A stretch of DNA of 56,763 nt, filler included, from Sphacelaria rigidula (lineage: Eukaryota), in NCBI GenBank assembly GCA_964200075.2. It is 6 parts of 6 records of this genome, joined end to end, with 100 filler letters (N's around TTAATTAATTAA, not from the genome) between each part and the next. Parts side by side here need not be neighbours in the genome. Positions count along the whole stretch, not along the records: positions 47,388 to 56,763 come from CAXNAA020008638.1; 5 more parts are not named here. The stretch is one strand, 5' to 3'. Both the position numbers and the translations under genes were made by a program. Position 1 is the first letter of the stretch, and each line of letters opens with the position of its first letter. The notes beneath the pieces were generated by a model. That model was not told where the DNA came from and did not search any database. It saw only the letters and a program-made list of their open reading frames with translations. This document shows, in pieces, positions 47,388 through 56,763 of this stretch.

Positions 47388-49305
47388 GGTAGCTGTTGAC
47401 AAGTACTACACGTCACACAAATTTGCGTTTCAATGACCGAAATGTTGTGGTCCTACGGGAACACCCAATTTCGGGGAATTTCGGCTATCCGATCGGATCA
47501 ATCGGGTCACCTGAATTCCCCGAAATTGTTTCTTCATTTGGAATCACAATATTGCGGTTATTGACATCCATATTTGTAGGACATGTAGCAGTTATAATTA
47601 GCTACCAGTAGGTACAGGAATGGAACCATCTTTCGAAGTTTTAGTGTCGATACGAAGATTTTCATCCTCCGGGTTCTCATCTTCGATGTAAATCTCCATC
47701 CTCAACATACATGATCGGCTGTTATGAGGGCCTCTGGCGAAGTCTGGACTGCAAAAACTGTCGTATTTGCTTGTTACTCTGCCATTCCCCTCCTCTTTGT
47801 GCCGCGATATTTTCAAACTGGTTGTCCAACTGCATGTCGTCATTTCGGCTTTCCCGTGTGAAAAAAATGGCTTCCTCCGTCACTTGGGTTTTTGTCACGA
47901 TTTTGCATGCCGTAGTCAAGAGACCATTTACCTAGAATCACTTCTTGGCCGCGATGATGCAGTCATGTTTTCGCAGGACCAGTGGTCGAAGGGGGGCAAC
48001 CTAGGATGTGAGACGTCGGCAAAGAGCGATGCAAGAACTGAACGTCCGAGTCAAGGGCCAGTGCTGTGCAATGCAGGCGTTGATGAGGAATCATATGCTT
48101 GTGACAAAACCGAGTAGTGCGATGCGTAGTCGCCACCGGCAAGTACGAGGGTCATCGGATAAAATTGTAGCCTGTCTACGGGAGGGGCTCATCTTGGAAT
48201 TCAGCGAAGGCCAGCCTTGCTCTTCCCTCACTTGTTCGGGAATTTAAGGGTGGCCCTCATTACGGCCGTACACGATACGTTCACTGAGTTGTATCTAAAC
48301 CGTCAATTGTGCTACACGGGGTTTCAACAAGTTGAATGAAAAAATATGCAGTGCGTATTTTCCAAGTTTTGCACGTAACAATGTTCTCGTGAACTCCGAG
48401 GGTTCAGGGTTCATTAGAAGTGAGTAATACCATTTGCTCGACTTGGAATGATTTCCATCGCGTGTGCTTTTCGCAACACTGCCATGTGCTTTCAGCTGAA
48501 CGCCGATTTCCTACTCAGGAATCGAAGGCTTCGACGGCGAGCTACTGCAGGAAGTGTTTCGGGCCTCATGGAGGGGCATCTTGAAACCAAAATATTTCAG
48601 TCACTGGTTGACCGCTCGTCACTCCCAGTCGTACGGTGGGCTCTCGATTTCACGAGAACGCGGTCATGTATGTTGTGACTCGCAATGTTTGTTGATGAGC
48701 GGTCGAAGCTCCATGTCTGATTTCTCATTTTCATCTAGGCGCAAGCGAGGCAGCATCGATCTTAGCGCTCGGGAACGCGATAGGTGATCATCAAGCAGAA
48801 CGTTGGAGGTGAAGCGATGAGTGACTTCCAAGTGACACAACGAAGCGGGATATCAGTCTGAGAGGACGGAGGACGTCAACGGTAGAACCGATCGGCACTC
48901 CCTCCGCACCGATAATCAAACGAGTACTAGGCGGCTTCATTGCGGTGAACACGCATCGCACGCACTCGCTCCTTCCACAAATACGCCGGGAAAACGTCAT
49001 GACATGGTACAAAAAAAGAGCAGATATTCTTCTCCATCACATGTTCACGTGGCTCTCCGACTGTCCGTCGTGAGACAGCGTTCCCCATATAGCAGCAGCA
49101 GGCTTTTTACAGGACAAGAACAATCAACCGGCAGCGAACGACCTTAATCCTCGCACAGCAGCGTCTCATCTCCATCTAGGACGGCATTTTCCCCATGATT
49201 CCACGACAAGAAAAAAGCATCTTATCCGGCATGGACGGGAAAAACGCCAGTTTCACAACCACGAGGAGACGGGCTCCTGTTCGCAAGGTAACTAGGTTGT
49301 GCGCT

Positions 49306-52300
49306 CTAAGAGCGCGGCTTCTCCTTCTTCTCCAAGTAAAGCGCGAGCAAGGCAACACCTGCCACCTTCACCACCTTGAACCGAACACCGGGGATGTCAC
49401 CCACAGCATGACCACGACGTCCGAACCCAGAGATGAGAACTTCGTCCTGCGTGTGGAGCACACGAGAAATTGTCAAAAGCCGAAGGGGTGGGGACGTGCG
49501 CGCAGGTGGGGGTGGAGGTTTGGCTAGGTCAAGTTCGAATCAAGCTCGAGTGTGAAAACGTACTCAATAATGTACACGGCTTCTACCCGTGGTATACGCA
49601 GACGTTTCTGTTCGAGTACACGTGACGGTGAGGATCACACGAGTATACATTCCCGGACGCTCTTCGATGGCATTCACGAACCAAATATACCACGTCATGG
49701 ACTGCACGAAAACCACAACACTTCATTATTTAGCATAGTTTTGTACAAGTTGAAGCGATCGGACAACTCAGAGGTTTCCACGTGCCTGACGAGGGAGGGG
49801 AAAAGAGAGCGTTCCTGTTTGTTGCTCACCTCCGTCGTTCGGCCATAAACCACGCATCCGTCGCGATACAGAGCACCGTTCCCTCTCATAGATGAGGTTC
49901 CAGAAGGCTTGGAAAGGAGTGGGCATATGATTTTCATGGTGATTTGTGGAATGATTCAAGTTCTCCCACAAACCGACCGGTGTTGCTCACCAGGAGGGGG
50001 ATCCGGATTCTATCATGTGAAAAAAACGTGAGCGTTCTTCGCTGTATGCGTAGTCTCCTCCATTTACACATCCTTTCTCGTGCGATCAACAGCTGCGAAT
50101 GACACTTGACCAGCAGTGGACAGAAGTGGAACCAGTGTGAACTGTACTTGTATTCAGCCGCTGATGGAAAAAACTGCGACATGATACGACGTAAGCCACA
50201 TCACAACATGGTGAACTTCCGCGCCTACAATCAATGCCTGTAGCAGTACCGAAACTGCTAAGGCAAGGCGAGAGGGTATGTTGCTTGAGTGCATCACAGC
50301 ATGAATGGTAAAAACCGAACAGTAATCACTCGCGCATTACGGTACCACCTTTCCGGCTTCACTACAACGCATTCCCTTGTGGTTCAGCCAGAAACGGCGC
50401 TCACGGGTCATGTACTGATACCGCTTCACAGAAACAGGCGTGTTTGCGCAGGTTGAAAAAATGAATCTGGGGAAAAATGGGACCATGGGCTACACCAGGC
50501 GTTTTACGAGAGAAAGGGGTGGGGGCTGAAAGCCGAAGAATCAGCTTCAATGAAGTGGAAAAAAATCCTCGGTCACTACGATACTCAAACATCAGTGACA
50601 CGATGAACGACATGGTCTGATACGACCCGTTCAAGGAGCCAAAAAAAACGCGGGCACTCACTCGGTCCACAGCGGTCGGTCGTCACCGACGGGGAGCAAG
50701 CGGCCAAAAAATCTGGTGCCGATCACGGTGGTGAAATATATCGATAGTGGTGTCCGGCGACATTTGCGCGAGAACAGATCCGGCTGGCAGGCTGTGCGTA
50801 TACATCCTTGCAGCCACACACTGGAATATTCGAGGTAAAAATGTCAAAGCCCCAATATGACAAGATGAGCACAAAAATGGGCACCAACACCCCAAAACGG
50901 TGTAACTCTAGTGTGCTCACGTTCTCGTCCGTGAAGTTGAGACAACCATCACGGGGTACGAACGCCGCCAGTTTTTTTCCGTTCTTGATCAATTGAACGC
51001 GCACGCACTTCCGGATAGCCGAGTTAGGCTGCTTCGCCTCGATGCCGCTGCTCCCATCCACAGTTGTAGACACCGGAAGTTCATTTTCCAACATTTCGCC
51101 GTGTAGAGTTGGAAGACACGCACGGTCAACGACAGCGAAAAACATGAACGACGGAGACGGAAACCGTTTGCTCGGCGTGAATTCCCATCTTTCGATTCTT
51201 CGCCTGAAACGATAGCTGTCCTGCAGGTCAGAATCGGTGAAGGCTGAAGAAGCAGTTTTCTGCAAGTGATTACCCACGATGTAGATATTTTGTAGCAAGC
51301 TGTACATCAACACAATGGCCATACGTGGTGTTACCCATTGTTTGCCACGTGCTGCGGCATGAGCTCAACAAACATTACAGGAAGATCTTTATTTTTCTCC
51401 AACATTCCGACAACGCCTGTCTCATCGATGACATCTCCATCTCTGAGCAGGCACGACACACTGTGCCACACAGCTCACATCATATGCATACCATGTGGTC
51501 AGAGTACTTGCCATCCAACTCCTCGAAATATATTCGACCACCCACCATCGAATTGCGCACAACCATATATAACGAACTAGTTCACGGTTAGGACAAGTCA
51601 TCACGACTCAAAATCAACAATTTTACGATTTTTTCAGCCTAATTGCCTTAAAGGGAGAAAAAAGTTCATCGCTGGTCCAAGGGGTATCCACGCAANNNNN
51701 NNNNNCATTCCACGTGTCTGGGCTGCTTATACCTGGGTTGCAACGCTGAAATGAAGCCTAGGGAGTGATTCGTCACGAGTCGATCCATTATACCAAAACC
51801 AAGCAATTTCCAGACGAATCAATATTTGTCTGAACCTTCAACTCTTCACATCCCGGGAGAATTTTTTTGTTCGGCTCAAACAGCTACATAACTCTCAACC
51901 CTGGAATAAAGGCCTGAAGACCAAGGACTGGTCGAGTATAGCCAGTGGATGGTCAGCTCAATCACCGGGACGTCATTTTGTATGGTTCTTCCCGAGTCTT
52001 CAACTACACGGGTCGACCTCAATGATCATATTGTTGATCGCTTTTACGTGATGACGGTGCCTAGTTTCAGGTAGGATCGTACCCGATGGAGTATCTTAGA
52101 TAAATCTTTTGATCAACAAACTTTCTCGTGGAATACCGCGCGATCCAAAAACGTTTGACGGAGAAAATTTGTCAAAAGTCATGAACCGAACAGGTTTGAA
52201 CTGAGTATGTCACAATACGTGACATGAAAAGAAGGATAGGCACTGATTTACGCATATCCACGCCTTGATATCGATATTGAGGGAAACGAAAAGAGCACAA

Positions 52301-54299
52301 CTGAAGGTTGCCACCAGTCGTTACCGAACACACCATGAAGCTGATTCAAGAGGCAGCCTCGAACACCCGACGTTTGCAATCATTGACACACTCACATTTT
52401 TTCCAAAACGATTCCCTTGGCCATGGAAGATCCACCTAGAGGGTTGGCCTTCATGGCAGTAACGGAGTGCGACTTGTTGTAGTCCTGTCAGCGAGCAAAA
52501 CACAAGAGGAGAGTGTCAAGCGAAGACGAGGACGTGCACCGGAATAATCGGCCAGTAGATACGCACTTTACTGTGTCATTTCATTTTCGTCATCCGGTCA
52601 TGACGGAAGTGGAGTGAAGGAAGGGCCAACCGACCGAGACGACGGAGCAAGCGCCGAACCAGCCGAGAACGAACAGACAGAAACACAACACCCAGCTGCC
52701 CTGTGTTACAGGGCAGTACACTGCAGGGTACAGTGAAAAAAAGTGCACTACTTTCGGACTATTTTGTACGGAGAACGACTACCTCGGCAATTGCAGTGGA
52801 TAATCGAGGGCGCGACGCGTTGCCAGTGTCCTTCTATAATTGCCGTCGACTGTTTTCTTGAGCAATGCATGAGGTAAATAACAATACGGTTTTTGCTAAC
52901 AAAGCTTCCACGAGGAACGGGGAACCACAACGGGACGGAGGGGAAGGCGTTCGGCCTTGAACTATACCGCTGGAGAAAAACTCGTGTACTCGCACAGGCA
53001 CACACAGGCCTTCTTTAGCACGTATTGCTTCAGGACAAGACACTGTAAACCATAGCCAAGAAATACAGAAAAACGCGGGCATGTTCTTGGCTTTTTCAGG
53101 TTCCTCGGGCGTTGGTATGAGATTTCGGGAATTCAGACAATAAAAGAGTTACTTTATTCGTCAACAACGTTACGAACCAAGTTGTTCGAAACCAGGGCAC
53201 TTGACGTTACATGCCACGAAGTTCGTCACGCGTCACAAGTTCAGCCAGGGTATACTACGGTGGGGGATTACGTGGTTCCGCACCGTAGTCCTACCCTGGC
53301 TTGACACTTGATTTAATTTGGAATGACTGTCAAGGGTGCTCCCGTGTATGACGTTATTTGTGACGTGTCACGTCAAGTGCCTTGTTAAGAACAAGGCTCC
53401 ATACCCTACCCGAGCATTGACGGAAATTCCGCCTTGTTTTGGTATGTCACTCGAAGCCCCCCCCCCCCTTTGCTCCGTCTCGGAAGGGATGCGTGATCAA
53501 TGGTCAAACGGCCAAGGACCAAATGAGTACGCCCCCACCCCCCCCCCCTTGCCGGGTAAACCTTACAGAACACGACCTTGGAAATACGAATCGAAACATT
53601 CCAAACAGACTAACGGGAGACGCTCATTTGTCGTCACCATTTGCAGACCCGTTGTTTCAAATTCGGGCGATGATACGATACGCTGACAGACGTTCGAGGT
53701 CAAAACTCCACGGGGATGTGATCAGTCATCATTTTTCATGTCAAAGATTTCGTTACTGGTGGGTGATCTCACATTTGTGGTGCGGTAAACAATAGTCATC
53801 TTCCGAGCACAGACTCAGCCCCGAGAGTAGCAAAGCTGGGGGGAAGCGGGATGAAAATCGGGTTACACCGGTTCTTCGGTCATCCGATGAGACCAAAGTC
53901 GAGGGTTTTCTCATCTGCGTTTCACCTGCACGGGCCCCATCTGCAAATTCGATCTCCATAATGCTGACGTTGCTTACACCACATACAACACACGCTTCGA
54001 TTTAGACAACTTCAGGGGCTGCAACACACGCGTTTGAAATACCATCGTCGCGTGGTATACTCGCCAAAAAACAACCGACCGAATAAATCACACAACACAG
54101 TGGGGAGAAAAAAAAAATGGAGCAGATCAAGAATTTGCGTCCAACCAAGATTATCAACGCGGAAAAAAATCGAGACATCACAAGCCACAATTGCTGAAGA
54201 AAACGTCTGCATACATACCTTGCTCGCCCATCGCTGAGAGCGTCGGTGGATGCGGAGCTTGCGCCCCGCGCGAATACCCGCCGGCTTTCCTTTACCCAT
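49306..54299 (-). CDS. RPS23: 40S ribosomal protein S23 (uS12), 145 aa, 4 coding exons
   Basis: Exons 54299-54219 ([27 protein letters not shown]), 52484-52396 ([29 protein letters not shown]), 51047-50921 ([42 protein letters not shown]), 49446-49306 ([46 protein letters not shown]). All introns GT-AG, phases 0/2/0. Confidence 0.98.
53190..53386. mobile_element. Small foldback MITE-like element in RPS23 intron 1
   Basis: Outer inverted repeats ggcacttgacgt(t/g)aca(t/c)g(c/t)cac at both ends; inner hairpin agccagggta-t-actacggtg..caccgtagt-cc-taccctggct (53243-53301). Confidence 0.6.
53472..53548 (-). repeat. Dispersed ~75-bp repeat, short G-tract family
   Basis: gctccgtctcggaagggatgcgtgatcaatggtcaaacg..aaatgagtacgccccc. 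Confidence 0.8.
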
Positions 54300-56360
54300 T
54301 TTGTCTGATATGGCCAGGGGGGAAGAAGAAAATGGAACAGCATATGCCGCGAAGTTAGGTCGAACATTCGTTGAGCCTCTGCGCGCCTATACCACTACCG
54401 AAACAGTTGTAAGTGTGACACTCAGCGTATAACATGCGACCAAGAAAAGTTCCCCGAGAAAAGCCCTCGCGCAAAAAAACGCTTGTGAACCGGAGTGAGA
54501 ACTGAGGGAGGACAGTAAGCACACTCGGTGCACTGTACAATTATGTGAAGTGAAATTGAGTGCCATCAAGATTCTGCCTGCTTTCTTTCCCTCCAGGTTT
54601 TCAACCTGTTTCATATTCTTCTTGTCCCTCTCATTCAATCATCATCTCCGGGTCCCTCGTGGATCAGTGAAGCCGGGACAATCCGTCAATATTCGGAGGA
54701 GTTGGCAATGCAAAAATACAACATATCAAGGGTGAGTCGGGTAGGGTAACCGGGTATTTTCTTTTCTCAATTTGGGACTGAGATGGTCCGGTCTTCAAGC
54801 TCTGACTCAAATATTGGGTGATGCTATTGTAGATGCAATCGCGATCTCTCCTGTACCCGATATTGCGGTGAGTACTGTATTCAGTAGGGTCTCGATAATC
54901 CACCTCGAATCTCGGTAATTGGTGATGTCCGAAACGTTGAAAAAAAAGACTCGCCACATTGATCGCCGTGACTGCAGGAGATACGCGATGAATCATCAGT
55001 ACAAAATAACGAGACAGTCAGATACCAACTTGCACCCCCGATAGCGCTTTCGTACAGAGCCAGGATGTTCGAAGTTGAAAAGGGCAGGCGGTGTTTTGTG
55101 CACACACCGTGCCCGAGAAATTAAGGAAGAAAAAACGGTCGGGCTTTCAGCACCCGAAAAAAATTAAAAATGGGCAGGCTAAAAAGTACAGAGATGGTAA
55201 CTGGGAACAAGAACTCCCTTCTTCCCGGCATGAGATTGTACCTACTCTGCCCAAAAGGTAGGCAGCATCGATACCTGGGTAATTTATCTGGGTACTCAGT
55301 AGTATGTACCCTACGCGACCTGCCGTTGAATTCTTCTGTGGACAGCTCCCAGATTGCCGGTCACACACTGAGTGATCCTCATGGATGCATCGTAAAATTT
55401 TACTGCTCCCAGTGATCAGAGTAGCATACTGCACAGAGAGCGCTCGGCTGCACACTTGATTCGTAGTCCGGTGCCAGGTAACCGCGAGTGCATCGATACA
55501 ACAAAACCCAATTTTTTCACGTCAACATTCCGGGCTCCCGGCTAGAGCACCACAAATGCACTAAATGCGACTGTATGCATGTGCCGGTCCTCTTGGCGTT
55601 TGCTGTCGTTCAAGGCTGGTGCCGGCTCGAACATGACTGTAGTGTAGGGAGGGAGAGCACGATGGTACAACATTGCAGTGGTCATTTCGTACTCACACCG
55701 AACCACAGCTCAGCGTAGTAAGCGGATGTGATCAACACGAGACTGTCAATTTTCACCATAGTCGCGCAACAGAAGACTGACACATTTGCGGTACATAGAC
55801 CAGCTAGAAGCTGGTCTTTGGGGAAGGGAACGGCAGCAACAGGACTGCACGATGCTACCCGCAACCCAGCTTGGTAGGTTCCATGTGCCGTATACACCAC
55901 TAGTATCATACTGTCTCCTTGGCGGCACCTTCGTGGGCAGCCGACAGGAGGCGGGCATCTCCGTGCGAGAGGAGCTCTCCACACACAATACTATGGCCGA
56001 TTGCAAGAGGGGGGTCGCGGCAGTTCTCATACGAACAACCTGTGTACTCTGCAACAAATATCACTCGAAGGTACAGCAGGAGTATGTTACGTTGCACCAA
56101 ACAGGGGATAACGCAACACCCACCGCCGCCCACAGAAACGGACACAAGGTCATGCTGACCAGGAACCGTGTCCACCATGCTCTACAACCGGTATATTTAT
56201 CCAAGTCAGGTTTCCCTTTGCAATTGTTTATTGGTCCATACAGAAGCAGCAACTCGATGCTGGTCCTTTCCTGTATTGATCAGACTTGTGCCATTGAACA
56301 TACCTGTGGGAAGAACCTAGTGGCCTGATGGCACCAGTAGGGTTGCACGTGCCTTAGCTG

Positions 56361-56362
<2 letters not shown>

Positions 56363-56395
<33 letters not shown>
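56363..56395. repeat. (CTG)n microsatellite
   Basis: About 10 consecutive ctg units, read directly. Confidence 0.9.
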
Positions 56396-56399
<4 letters not shown>

Positions 56400-56690
56400 C
56401 GGCCGTGACCTGCTCCACACGAAAAGTACGTAAATTGGCGTTTGCAATAGGGGCTAGGGGACTCTAGATAATGACCTCCGCGGGTTCATCACATCCGTCT
56501 GGCACACACACATGGAGTAACGGTTTCGGTTTGACAAGAGCACTACTCTACTTCGTGTGTACGACATGGAATGATAGCAGACAATCTCAGTCGGTGAGGA
56601 ACCATGTTGAGGTATTGTCATTATTTCAAGCGAATGTTACAGCAGTTCACTCGCTTAACGCATCTCGTGTTAGGATATCTTGGGAAAGCG

Positions 56691-56763
56691 TGTTGTTGTT
56701 GTTGTTGTTGTTGTCTTCACATTAAAAACCGTTCCGATATCTGCGCGGTACATTGGTACTGGG
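56691..56763 (-). repeat. (CAA)n-tailed retroposon 3' end, running off the window
   Basis: Matches 36054-36108. Confidence 0.6.

Noticed and set aside
50723-51322. 199-aa ORF as a standalone gene
   Set aside because: It is RPS23 exon 3 plus in-frame intron read-through.
51499-51604. Intronic C/D box snoRNA candidate (GTGATGA..CTGA on the - strand; another C box near 53732)
   Set aside because: No terminal stem, no clear C'/D' boxes and no rRNA-complementary guide recognised; the second candidate lacks a suitably placed D box. snoscan or Infernal would settle it.
55682-56328. Overlapping 80-180-aa ORFs upstream of RPS23
   Set aside because: No recognisable domain and no consistent exon chain could be built.

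Overview
Intron-rich eukaryotic DNA, most consistent with a brown alga (Phaeophyceae), judged from the EsV-1-7 repeat gene, long GT-AG introns and abundant short dispersed repeats. The window is not contiguous. It is six fragments of 9376-9378 bp joined by identical 100-nt artificial linkers (44N-TTAATTAATTAA-44N), so context across linkers is meaningless. Genes assembled by hand: a complete 4-exon RPS23/uS12 gene; a 3'-truncated secreted S8 subtilisin (9 exons, two GC-AG introns); an EsV-1-7 Cys/His repeat protein with nine 38-aa repeats and a dead upstream repeat; a secreted Cys-rich modular protein with phase-1 introns; a partial gene with ML-like domains; and a weakly supported gene of unknown function. 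Mobile DNA: a hAT-like non-autonomous element with an 8-bp TSD and palindromic subterminal arrays, two Tc1/mariner-like MITE copies, a decayed ALOG-domain (DIRS-type tyrosine recombinase) remnant, a foldback MITE and several short dispersed repeats. The most interesting leads are the position-specific hypervariability in the EsV-1-7 array, the ALOG remnant and a 76-bp-arm hairpin resembling a pre-miRNA. No database searches were run; family calls rest on motifs recognised by eye.
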